DNA of 63,167 nucleotides, the filler included, from Choristocarpus tenellus KU-1152 (lineage: Eukaryota > Protista > Phaeophyceae): the NCBI GenBank assembly GCA_964200185.2. It is 10 parts of 10 records of this genome, joined end to end, with 100 filler letters (N's around TTAATTAATTAA, not from the genome) between each part and the next. Parts side by side here need not be neighbours in the genome. Positions count along the whole stretch, not along the records: positions 25,601 to 28,123 come from CAXNAD020027086.1; positions 28,224 to 43,962 come from CAXNAD020000936.1; 8 more parts are not named here. One strand, 5' to 3'. Below, piece after piece: positions 25,501-37,949 of the stretch (position 1 is its first letter; every line of letters starts with the position of its first letter). The notes beneath the pieces are model-generated. The model searched no databases, had not been told where the DNA came from, and saw only the letters and a list, made by a program, of their open reading frames with translations. The position numbers were made by a program, and so were the translations under genes.

Positions 25501-26777
25501 NNNNNNNNNNNNNNNNNNNNNNNNNNNNNNNNNNNNNNNNNNNNTTAATTAATTAANNNNNNNNNNNNNNNNNNNNNNNNNNNNNNNNNNNNNNNNNNNN
25601 TCTCAGGTGAGGGGATCATCGCCCCTCCCACCCACCCTCCTCTCCCTTTTGTCACCTTTGAGATTGTGCTGCTTGGACCCAGCTTGTTGAGCGTGTGACG
25701 TGGGTTAAACCCGAGATAGTGTTTTTTTTGGCTGATGCTCGAGGTTCAACCCGATAGTGATTCCCTTTGTTTTCCACTGTCCTCACCTTTTTTAGCTGTT
25801 ACAGTAACAATGGGTTGTTTTTGGTTGAGTAGTCTGTTTTTACATCCAGGGCCTCGGATTGAAACCAGTCAAATGTGATGGGACCAGCGCAAGAGCTGGT
25901 CCGAATGAAAACACAGTTCTTACTGTACCAGTCCAGGGTCACCTGAGAGTAGAACCGAACTGGGACCGCAGACGGACCGGAACCCCAAAAATGCACGAAC
26001 AGGTTCAGACCACCAGCGTTGACACCAAAATATATGCGAACGGATGGATCATGTTCGTATGTTTTTTGTGTGTGTGTGTGTGTGTGTGTGTTTGTGATTG
26101 CATTTTTTTTTTTTTCATGAATCTGCAATCTCCAAGAATGGGAACATTTTGTTTAGGTACAGTCTTTGCTTGGCCAAGACCAGAGACACTCTTGGGCAGA
26201 CAGGTTGGTTCATGGGATGACTACTATTGACTCCAATCTGTGATGACCGTTGCTCGCCAAATTTTGTGAAACCGAACGAAAGTGTGCCCGAAACTGTTTC
26301 CCTTGGCTTGGACCGCCACACCTGCTCTTATTGTCGGAAATCGTCTTCTGCAGGCAAACGCCATTCACCGGTATCGCATCCGTCTCAAGCAAGAGGAGGA
26401 GAAGAAGGTGAGAAAGATATATATATATATATATTTTTAAAGAAAGATAGATTTTATGTTTTTTTTTTTTGTACTATTAAATATGAACTATGTAGTAGCA
26501 AGAATAGTAGTAAGAATAATAGTAGTAATGGCAGCAGTTTTTTTTTGTTTTTATTGTTGTTGTAAAGGACCAGATGTCCTCTCCTGCTCTCCTCTCTCGT
26601 CCTCTACAAGCAAAGCCGTTTCTTTTGTGCTTTGTAACACGCCTTCCTGACCAATACCAGCATTGGTCCGAGTTTCTTGTTCTGCTCCGCCGTCCGTCTC
26701 GCCAACGACCTAGGGCAACATCGCCGCTGTATTTCTGGGATGTTGACTAACTCGTATCTGCGTTCCATCCCACACAG

Positions 26778-26923
26778 GATGTGGCTCCTGTCCACGCTGG
26801 CCAGGCCTTGCCACTGGCACGCCTCGAAAGCTCTAGGAGCTTTGACTATGATGAGGAGGAGGAGTTTAATGTTGAAGAGCTCGATGAGCAGCAGAGGATA
26901 GCCACGGACAGATACCTGCGCAG
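26778..26923 (+). CDS. Isolated putative exon of an acidic hypothetical protein
   Basis: cacag acceptor, open frame DVAPVHAGQALPLARLESSRSFDYDEEEEFNVEELDEQQRIATDRYLR, gtgggt donor. Confidence 0.35.
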
Positions 26924-27250
26924 GTGGGTTGTGGGCATCCTTGATGCGGACGTATGCTTGTGGGTGGGGCAGGGGGAGGGAGGTTGGTGAGACGCTTAAC
27001 ACAGTGTTCACAGTACGTTATTTCCTTTATTTTCCGTAGAATACAGGGTGCCATGGAGAGACATGGGGGTGATTTTAGGTGGACATTATTATGATTGCTG
27101 TGGTGCTCCGTGCTTAAGTGTACCTCCAGTGGAATACTTATCGTGAAGGGGTCTGGCTAGCCCACAAAGTGTTTAGCCTTGATAAGTATTTTGAGCAGAA
27201 TTGTGCGAAGTCCGCTTTTCTTGCATTGGCCCCTTCAACACACACTCATA

Positions 27251-27290
27251 GACACAGACACAGACACAGACACAGACACAGACACAGACA
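27251..27290. repeat. (GACACA)n microsatellite
   Basis: Direct inspection. Confidence 0.9.
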
Positions 27291-27360
27291 TGCACACACT
27301 TTATTTATCCGCTGCCCCTCCTGTTGTTGCTAATTTTTGGAACCCATCCTTTCCTCCTCC

Positions 27361-27403
<43 letters not shown>

Positions 27404-28223
27404 ATTCCTCTTTTCCCTCCCCCCCCCCCCCCCCTCTCCCCTCTTTTCCCCTTCCCTCCCCTNNNNNNNNNNCCTGTTTTTGCTAATTTTTTGAACCCCT
27501 CCTTTCCCCCCCCCCCCCCCCCCCCCCTCCCATCCATCTCTCGAAACTGTTGACTACCTTTACTCCAGGCACAACTCGATCTGGCTCTACTTTCCCCATC
27601 TGGAGCTGCTGTTCCTGCTCTTTGCCTATCAGGGCGCCTCTTCTGCTGAGGCACGCATGCTTCGCAGTGGATGTGTACCTCTGGTAGTCATTGGTGCAAT
27701 CGCCATGGTGAGCTAAGCAATCCATTCAAGAGAGAGAGCTCGATGTTCTCAAGTGACAAGCAATTCTCCCCTTACCTTTTTGCTCTCGTCCATGTGAGGG
27801 TGTCTGCTTGAAATCCCTCTACAACCTCCTCCAAACATCAGCATCCCCTGACGCTCTTTTGCTCCATATTGCATTCTTGCCTCCACCTCCCCCCCCCCCC
27901 CCCTTCCCCCTTCCCCTAAGAGTCTCAGAGCCACGACCTTTGCATCATTATCTCGCTGTCCTCTTGTTCCTTGTCCTCCCTTGCCTGGCGCTACCTCGTT
28001 CGTGCGCCCATCATTTCTCACCCTCCCCCCCCCCCCCCCCCCCCCCCCCCGTTCTGTGTGGCCCCGGTTTTTTTCCCCGTGCGGGTGGCTTTTTTTTTGT
28101 TTCGCATTTTTGGGGACAAGGGGNNNNNNNNNNNNNNNNNNNNNNNNNNNNNNNNNNNNNNNNNNNNTTAATTAATTAANNNNNNNNNNNNNNNNNNNNN
28201 NNNNNNNNNNNNNNNNNNNNNNN

Positions 28224-30404
28224 CCCCCCCCCCCAGGTCGCTCATCTCCTCCCACTCCAGCTTCCACCCCCCCGACCTGATACCGCAGTGCCTGCACCAG
28301 TTGCAGCAGGAAGGCAAGCAGCTCTTCGTCAGAGGCCCTGTGAAGGGCGTCCACAGCGAAGCGACGAACAACCTCAGCTTGGAAAGTGCGCTCCCGGCCC
28401 AGCAGCTTCAGAGCATCGGAGACATCGATGGGAGCACGTTCACGCCACTGTTCCAGAAGTCCTGGCACTTGTGCCACCTCTCCCTCAACCCCCCAATCAA
28501 CAGAGAGAAGTAGTTTGGTCAGTGCCTTCTTGTCGTCAGTGAGGCAGTAGCGGAACCTCCACAGCAGGTCTTTCTCCTCCATCTTGAGATTGTCACCAAG
28601 AGCGTGGCTCGAAACGATTGCATCAATACGCTGCCGTTCATCCAGGTTCGGTTTTAGCTCAAGGTCCACCAGCCCACGTAGCTGGTCGTGAGCCAGCTTG
28701 CGATATTTTTGCTCCACAGGATTGTCCTCTTCGGTTTCATAGTCCGCAACAGCAAGAAATGCCGCTCCTCCACCAAGAACATCTCCCTCCCAGGGTGGAT
28801 TATTCCCCCCCTCCCCCAATGCTCCTGTAATAATACCCTCATGCCCTGTGGTGGGAAGCGAGGTTGAGGAAGTGGAGGTGGGGGAAGTCATAGGGGTAAC
28901 CACAAGCCCCCCTCCTGCAGCCATCGCAGTTTTAGCTGCAGCTGCTGCGACAGCACTAACCCCTGGGTAAGGTCGCTCTTCATGTATGACAGGGTGGGCA
29001 AAGTAAGGCAATTCAATCACCATGAAAGGTTTGGAACGCAGTAGGGTCTCCACTTCAGACTGGTAGGCCTTGTGTGAACGGAGCTTGGCAGGGTCTGCTA
29101 GTGCAGTAGTCAGCTGTTCAACCCTCGCCAAGGAGGCAGGGTCTAGCCAATCCGCCCTGTCCACTGCACCCAGCTGGTATTTCTCCTTCATCTGAGCGAT
29201 AAATTGCAATTCATGTGTGAGGTCTTGTTTTGGGGGGCTTCATGAAACACCTTTACACTATTAAAAAATAATTGAGCATATTTAATCATCTTCCCCCTCC
29301 ATTCTCAGTAGATACGACTGACCCAACTTGAGCGACTGCATCACAAATAAAACGAGACAAAAATTTCTGATGCTTGACCACCTCAGGACGAAAAAATCTA
29401 GTTTGTAAAACTCAGCTACCCTAACAAAATCTCACCCGCTCAAGCCTGAAGCCCCAATCTTCCGACAAGGTGCGCTCAGAGACAGAATAGTCATCCCATC
29501 CTGGGCTCCCTTCTATCTTCTGGGGCAAGGGAGGGGCGGCCGGGTCCCACACGGGCGGACACTTACTAGAAAACTGGAAGGACTGCTTCTGCAATCCCAT
29601 CTTAAGTGACCCGTTTTCGTCAAAGAAGGGCATGGTTGTGAGACCGATGAGCCTGTCCCCGACTCCCCATACAGTTATCACCTGTATAGAAAGAAGGTTT
29701 ATGGTTGTGATCAGGGTTTTGGAAAAACACAGTGTTGGACAGTAGGTCCAGGGTTTTGGAAAAAAACAAGAGTGCTAACAGTAGTGGGGTACGTAACACG
29801 GAAGAAAGCTATAGAGACCAAGCTCATGTAGATGAATATCACCAACTCACCAACTTGGTGCTCCTGGTTAGATCACGGTAGCGCAAAGGGAAGCACAGTA
29901 CGTCATCCCATATAATGGCGTGCCTCTGAGGGTCATACCGTGAAGGGGTATGAGAGCTGTACAAGTTCAAGGGACGGGTGGGATCAGAGACTGTTGGACG
30001 ATGGTACGTGCAGTTACAGGGCCTCTTATACAAATTTTCAGGAGAAACATTGTAAAAAACGGGTGCATTCACCTCAAGGGTACGATGTGCATAGGCTGCC
30101 CGTCGGAAAATACACGAGCCGCGATGACGAGCTCCTCTTCAGCAACGAGACGCTCCATCATGGCCTGAAAACCTTCTTCAGTTGCATTTCCACCAACGTT
30201 TTCTCCCCCAGCACCACTCATAATTCTTCTCCATCTTTTATCACTCCCACCATGATTCCCGACATCTCCAAAGCAGCCCAAGGGAAGCTCGAGGCGAGAT
30301 ATGCCACAACGTATCTCAAGCGGAACGGAATGACTTAGGAAGAAGCGAAGCTCTTTGAAAGCATGAAGGCCCTTGGCATCTTCTTTGAAATCTATAGCAA
30401 CCAT
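28224..30404 (-). CDS. VPS34: Class III phosphatidylinositol 3-kinase (Vps34), 5' part: C2 and helical/accessory domains; kinase domain beyond the contig break
   Basis: Exons 30404-30073, 29956-29851, 29681-29436, 29191-~28278 or the gap; motifs WDDVLCFPLRYRDL, DNPVEQKYRKL, LKPN, EKDLLWRFRY..LT..KKALTK, DALKLL, LLQLVQALRY. Confidence 0.93.
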
Positions 30405-30936
30405 TTCATCCTCCCCTAGATGTGACCCTTGAGCAGCATCGACTATACCCTTTTGTGTAACTTTGTATTTAGGTTTAGGTTGTGTTCAATGTCACACCTT
30501 GGGGAGGCCTTCTCCATATACAGATGTTGCATATTTTTCTTAAATCAACATTTATTTTATTCAACATTTATCATGAACCATCACACGTCACACATGTAAT
30601 GCACATTTTTCAACAATTTTGTCTTGATCATTGAATAACAACGAACTATATAACGAAATAAGTACGTGTTCCAGATATAAACATAAAAAAATGTATGACA
30701 CAAACAAACAGCTGTTTTTGCTGAGGGAACAAGAAAACCGAAGTGAAAGAAACCACGCAGGGTAGGTACGAGTTGTCTGTTTTCATAACCAACTTGACCT
30801 GAGCTTAAGCATTTTGTTCAAGTATCTGATAATCAGCCATCCATCGCGGAATATTTCAACCTTTCCTGAATTTGCAACGCTGTATCCTACGCTCCATCAA
30901 GACCTGCATATATCCTCCTTTACCCATTGGATGAGA

Positions 30937-33157
30937 TGAAGACAGTAAGCGGCAAGTCGAAATCTGAACGTGGAGTGCTTGGGTGGTGGTGTGTAAGTTC
31001 TGTTGCGGCTTTGGTGTGCGCAATCTACATATGTGCCGGGAATGGATATATACCTTACGTTTCGGAAGGGTGCGAAGACGGCTTGACTACATCTAAAACC
31101 TGGTGTTCTTTTGATAAGCCGAGGTGAGGAACAGGCGGGAAGACTTTACAAGGCATATTCAGAACTGAGGATGGCCTGGTCATAACTACTTGCTTTGCAT
31201 TTGTTTATGATCGGTTAAGGGCACTCTACTGGGCATCGTTAGTAGTCCTTTTATCTAACATCCTTCACGTCTCGAAACTGAGAACAGAAATTCAAGAGAA
31301 CTTTTAGACCGAGCCTTTATTATTTTTGAGTAGTGATGGTAGCAAAGGTAAGGTAAATGCCGTACAGGAATTTACTTCGGGTTGTGGGGTAAGGAGAGGG
31401 ATGGGGTGATTTCCTCTAGGATCAATTAAGTACTAGTCACACAGATTACCGCTGTACTCCGATAGTCGTGGCGCAGGTTGCTCTTGTCATCCCTTTGAAT
31501 GCTAACTCTCCCTCTCGCGCACTGTTGCTCCGCACATGACGCAGTGGCTTCCAATTTGCTGCTCCATGTGCCTGTGTGAAGGATTGCGACTCCGACCACT
31601 TTCATGTCTGTCGGGTCAATTCCACAGGCCAGATAAGAGATTTTCAGGCCCTCATGCACGACACCGAAACGGTTTATTTGGATCAGCGACTGGAGGTGGC
31701 TGACGTTCAGGCTTTCCTGTCAGTTGATAGTATGTAGAGATGTGTTCATAACATGAGCAGGAAGAGCATATGGGGGTGTGGAGTAAGTTTTTTTTTCGAG
31801 AGCTGGGTGAATGTAGATAGTCGGGTCTAGTTATGGGTTCATAAACGGTTCGGGGCAGCCTCTTTTTTTGTATTCGGAGCAGTCTGTTGAGACGAGGCAC
31901 TTCTCGCCAATGCACATATCAAAATATATACAAACAGGTATTGGTAAATGAGGGTTTAGGTTCTGATATATGAAGTGATGATGTTTTGTCCTTGCTTGAT
32001 GGTCTAATTGCCTCGCCTGTTTTTTACCTGTTGATCGGGCCTAGCGGCTCGTACTGCTTACCTTGGTTTGTGCTGGAGAGATGAGCACTTCCTAGAATAC
32101 AACCTTACATTAAGGGTTGTCTGTGATACTAAGCATTGCAGGGAAATGGGCATACGCTGAGATGTTTGGCTGGCCTTCTCGTAGTATTCCTTATGACTCG
32201 CTTGGAGCGAGGGGCACAGGGCAAAATGAAGTGTAGATTGTGAAAAGTTCGAAGTGTATTGAGTACATGTTGATGGGTGATGGTTGTGAAATAGCCGTTG
32301 ATGTTACCCTCAAGAAGATTCCTCAGTATTTATGAGAAGAGGTATATTACTGTGTGCACTTGTGCTGTAGGTCTTACAATCTACTATTGGGGTGTTCCAG
32401 TGCAAAACAAGGCGTGCACAGCAAGATAAAAGTTTTTTGGGGTCAAGTGTTTCTGTTGTTGTAAGTGGGGGGTCAAGTCAAGTGCCTATGGAGATGTTGG
32501 TATGATGGGGTGCATGCATTACATTCAGTTAGACTGCAATAGTGTGTGTTTTCATGAGGAGCAGACATACAACATAATGTGTCAAGGGTCTATCCTGTTA
32601 CCCTTGTTCTGACTTAGAGCAGCCTCATAGAGTACAAGACTGGACGAATTTGTGAAAATTGGGGAGCTGGAAATTATGTTAGTAAGTTGGGTAGAAAGAG
32701 TAAGAATGGTGACGGAATAATGATAGACTGGTTGCCACAGTAGGAGAATGCCAGAAGCACTTGCAGCATTCTATATACTTTATGCATGAAATCATTTGTA
32801 TTGCTGTTGAATATATGGCACTTTCTAACTGGCTGTGTGTCTATTCAAAAGGAATTTGTATATTTAGGTATCCCAGTCTAGGACTCTTGTTTGGTGTTTT
32901 GTTATTAGTAAACAAATGCTATACTTGGCGTGAATCAACAAGAAAAAATATATATTCTTCATATTGGATCATCTTTTCCTCGTTTGCCTGTTGTCTTCAA
33001 TGGGGTCTCTACATTATTGTCACAGTGCTACGATAAGATAAGTGAAAAACCCCTTCAGGATGAGGGTACACTTTATCGTGCATTCATGATGCATTGGGGA
33101 CACCCAGTTCAACAGCAAAGACCCACCCCTTTCCAAAGTACAGATTTGGAACTGTAA
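30937..33157 (+). CDS. Small Cys-rich hypothetical protein with N-terminal signal anchor
   Basis: Exon 30937-31123 with hydrophobic VAALVCAIYICAG, phase-compatible exon from ~31545 (SGFQFAAPCACVKDCDSDHFHVCRV...), possible last exon ~33059-33157; head-to-head with VPS34. Confidence 0.45.
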
Positions 33158-35481
33158 ATCACCTTTCCGATTGATCACATCAACCTCGAAGTTCTCTAGT
33201 TGAATTGCACTCATGATAGTACGGGTTGTAGGTTTATCATGTAGCAAGCTGTCAAGCTCTCAATACGCGCACATGCTTTTTCCTTCATCCTCCCCTGGTT
33301 CTAAGTGGTGCTTTTGAGGTATGGAAAGTAAAATTCAGACTAACATGTGAGATTAGACATCCTGGAATCCAGATGTCTATGGTCATGTATCGGGAAAGAT
33401 TTCGACAAATGAAGGTGGGAAAAGATTAATTTTTTAATCAAATTGTGTACATAACGTGAGTTGGATAATATTATCAGTTTTAAATGGAAGATTTTCATTA
33501 CGAACCCTTATATTCTCAACTTCATACACCGGTTCTGCTTGAGCACTAAACAAACTTGTAAGGTTCCAGTGTCACCTAATTTGGTATTGCCGGATGATCA
33601 AGTAGGAGAAGCAAATGAAAGAGAACAGAAAGACATTTATTGCTGTCAAGGGTCCACCAAGGACAAATGAATCCGACTTGCCATGATCAAGTGATGTTGT
33701 TCGCGATATCAATCTGCAGGCAGGTACACTGCAGATTGTAGGCAATAATGGAAGGTGTTCATACCACAAAATTATACAATTTGGAAACACACCTTACAAG
33801 AAGAGATGATCAAATAAGACCATGAAGACTGTCCTCAGCATTAGACAACAGTATGCACATCCTATCTTTAAAAAGGGAAGACTATTTGGGTAAGATTTTT
33901 TTCTGCCAAATCAGGTATTCGTAAGTATTTAGGCTGACACTCTTCATCTCTCATCCCTCAAATGCAGTCAACCCTCCTTGGTCTGAAGCTGTGGCAGTAT
34001 GTTAAAGAGGAGACGAAAAATTGTCCCTTCCAGAGCGAAATCGCTCTAGGGACATGTTCTATTAGTGGTACTAATTTGTAGTACTTCGATCATATGGAAC
34101 TAGTTAGTATCAACATGATTATGACTTTTGTAATTCTTGGGTCAAGTCGGATGAAGTCCATTTCATCACAAAATCGGTAGGAGTATAAGGTGTGTAAGTC
34201 ACACTCCTTCGTAGTTGTGTTGGAAATAATAGTTGGTAGGAATACGACCATGAATTTTTAATTCTTGTCAAATCGGATGAGAAAAAAACGACGTGAAATC
34301 TGAAGGGCAAGGACCATCATCTGGTGGTGGTACGAGTCGAAAATGATTTGCGATAGGTAGGACATATATGAAGCTATTGAGGTGTATCGAGATTGTTGAA
34401 ATGGGGTGGAAATTTGATTTCGCTGGGAAAACAAGAGTGAGTGACATTTAATGGTTTACGCAAAAAAAGGATGAGCCGTTACGCAAATAAATGTGTTTTG
34501 TCTTGATCTGAACTTACCCCCTCTCTTCTTCTCTCACCGGAACCGGCCACCACTTGCCCGTTTTCTTCCTCTTTGTCCCATCCCTCGTCGAGTGACTGTC
34601 TCCAAAGAGCCAAATTAAACAAGAGGCACACAGGTTTTGGTCGTTTTGCATTTTAAGCCACTTTTTTTATCGTCTGTGATTCACTATATAGTTGCACCAA
34701 TGAAGTACAAAGATGGATTTGAGAACGTTGGTTTCTCTATTGTTTGAAAAATTTCCACAGGATGCAGAGAACCCCCTACACGCATTTGTATAAGAATATA
34801 TATTTTTAGTCGAAGTTTTGATGTTTCTGATATGTAGTTTGATTTTGGAGATCAAAAAGGACGGAATTGCACCCTCTCTCGTTTCCATCCACCAATGTGC
34901 AAGAGATGGTTTGCCCTCCATACGCAAGCCCAACGCAAGGAATAACCTCCTACCACATGTCATGCGAGTACAAGAGGTGGGTAAAGGGTCATGAAAAATA
35001 CTGCGTAGCGTGCATTATTAGTATTATTATAGAATCATTTCAGAGTACTTTGAACATGTATACTCAAGTTGTGTTATTCAGGTGGGGCTGACAGCCAGAG
35101 CATTGTTGTGTGGGGTGACAAAATGAAGGCAAGCATAATATGCTAATAAAGAGAAAATAACACAACATGTACCACTCAACCCTAAATCCCTGTAGATAGA
35201 GGACGTCCAGCCAGAGGCGGCAAAAACACCACACAGTACGCTGCGTTTGTCTCCATCACTATGATATCCTACTACCTACGCTTTCCACACCTGGGCACCA
35301 AAGACATTCCCACAAGAACACAGTACTGCAGTGCCGTAAAACAGCTGATTCCAAAAATTGAGGATGGAGCTTTTCATTGAGGATGAGCTTGACCCAAAAT
35401 TGACTGGGATAAAGTGTCGATATGTTTTTTTTGTATTACGTGTAATCCTCATTTTTTGAAATCTGCTGTTGTAACTGCGTA

Positions 35482-35760
35482 TTATCTAGAGAGACGGCTG
35501 TGCTTGGTAGTGACTGTGTTGCCAGGAGGGGAGAGCAAGCGTTCAGATGTAGCTGGATTGGCCTTTACGGGCAAATGCTTCCACGCAACTTTCTTAAATC
35601 TCGAGCAACTCTTCATCCACCGCGCCTTCCACCATTTGAGACGACCGCCAAGCTTCTCCACCAAATTGTTCGTATCCACTGTTGCATACCACAATATACC
35701 TCCTCCGGATGATATGCAGTTTATCGTCGTAGGTGATCTCCAACCATGCCCTCTTGTGGG
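35482..35760 (-). pseudogene. hAT transposase C-terminal dimerisation domain remnant
   Basis: LKWWK...FKKVAWKHLPVKANPATSERLLSPPGNTVTTKHSRL matches WW...A...L...a.sa.SER.FS..G..vt..R.rL. Confidence 0.8.
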
Positions 35761-36544
35761 CGCTTCCCTGATCCCTATCTCGAAATAAACTTTGAGAGAG
35801 CAAGAAAACGAGAGACACCCAAGTTTTGACCGTTTTGAAGTTTAACCCATTTTTTTCAAATTTTGCACTTCATTTTATTTTAATGGATGAACTGCTAATA
35901 ATAATAACTTGAGAACGTTGATTACAGCAACACAAATAAAGTGCAGCCACACTCCCTCCTTGGTCCCTGAGATGCTCCAACTCCAACCAGTAATGTTTTC
36001 CACGTATCAGAAGGTTTGATGAAGAGAGATCATTACCTCCATACGCCTACACAGACAGACCAACCTTCAACGAAAAGCTCATGTTGCCCAGTTCGAGTGA
36101 CAGGAAGCAGGTTGCAAAAATAATAGTTTGTCGGGAAGTTGGGCTAGAGACCCAGATCGTGCGTAACTCCATCGCATCACGAACAAATAATGAGTACGAA
36201 CAGAAGGGCAAGTAGTACCACACTGCTGTACCAAACATCGGACACTGAAAGTATTGAGTGCAAACCAAGCAAAAATATCCCCGAGGGGTACTCGTCTGGC
36301 TCACATGTGTGGCATTGGGTGCAAGCAAGGGCAACTACCTCCAACAATGTCTTTGGGTATCATAGTGGAAAAGTACAGATAACGCACCTTGCCGTTGTGG
36401 CGATGTGGGGCGCAAAATTGTTTTATAGGTGTCTCTATTCTGTCTTATTTCTACCATTTGTTTACCTGGTAAAATGATCCAGATCGATTTTCCTCATCCT
36501 TTCCTCATGGTACAGTTGGCCGAACAACATAGCAGAACCCTTAC

Positions 36545-36779
36545 GAGTGAAAGTATCTTAGAGGGTACGAGTTTTGCCCTGTTTGTCCATTTGGGGCTTG
36601 TCTTTCCAGGGTTTGTTCTATACTTCGTCCTACTCCGAAATGTTTCATAGTAGGAAAAATGTTTGTGAAAAGGTGTGTTCGGAACAAGGATATTGACACT
36701 TGCTAACAAACAAAATAGTCAAAGTTACATCAAAACCGCAACATTGGATTAGGCCCCCAAACGGACGCGGCTCTACCCT
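36545..36779 (-). mobile_element. MITE family A copy lacking part of one TIR
   Basis: GAGTGAAAGTATCTTAGAGGGTACG...ggacgcggctctaccct. Confidence 0.88.
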
Positions 36780-37949
36780 AGGTTTTCCGTTTCTTGAGAA
36801 AAGGTTGAGCAGATGCAAATGAACTGCCACTCTCCACATTTGCTGTCTCTCACGGGTTCTTGTTCACCTGAGGCAACAATTTTGGCGTAACTCCCCCTGC
36901 ATATCCCCCTCCACTCTTTTGGTCTTATAATTCGTCTGGAGGTGTTGGACTTTTCAGGAAGGATAATATTTTTATAATATGTAGTTGATGAAGAAGAGTG
37001 CTGCACACTTCATGCTAATAGTGACTATTACTTGAAAGAATAAACGAAGCAACTGAAGAAAAGGAAGCTAGCTGTCAGGTCTAAGGTGTGGGACACCTCA
37101 GCAAAACACCACTCACAGCTAACTACAATCCTCTATGCTGTATGGTGCATCTATGCGCTATCAATTTCCCTCTCTGTGTACAGCTATGTTATTTTTGGAC
37201 TGCTGATCCTTAATGGGTACAATATATTAGTACTTGCAAGAGCGAATCGTTGTAAAGGACGGGAAGACGCGGAGTGATCCACAAATGAGGGGTTATCGTA
37301 TCTGGTGAGATCAATACAAACCCTAATAAAATTTTCTCCTTACATATATGTATGTACATATGCAAGTCTGGCATATACCCACACCTGTACTGGCTGCACC
37401 TGTAGGGGAACAGTCAAAAACGCCTTGTTTCACACAATCTTAGCCAAATGCAAACAGTACCTACCGACATGGTAGGGACACTCACTTTTTGTCTCTATTA
37501 CCCCTACCTCACTATCATCATACTACGTCATAAATCAATACTACGGACTTGAACGAGATAACAAGACAGGTCACCCAGAAGGTGATTCATCTATAATAGT
37601 TCAAAACCATGTGGCTCCAGGGAGGGTGGTACAAAGGAAGCATAGCCCAACACCACTTCATATTATCTATCGGCAACAGAGGCCATATATAACAAATAAT
37701 CAATAGTTCCGTTGAGCACGGAGCTAAGTTACCACAAGGCACCGATACAAAACAGGAAAAACAAATCACATAATTCATGCAGAAAGTAATAAAATCAACC
37801 TACCCACATCTGAATCCATCATGTGACATCTTGTCATTCAATTGATGAAGTTGGTGGAACTTTGGCCTTGTTTCCTACTGTTGTTTGGTCACAACCCAAC
37901 CAGTTACACATAGTACACACATCACCGTAAATCGAGAACATGCATTACA

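Noticed and set aside
27320-27530. Tandem duplication with poly-C tracts and poly-Pro/Gly ORFs
   Set aside because: The two copies flank a 10-N gap and look like low-quality overlapping read ends; probably an assembly artefact
28224-28300. Kinase-less Vps34 as a novel truncated protein
   Set aside because: The gene runs into a contig linker; the missing domain is most likely on another contig
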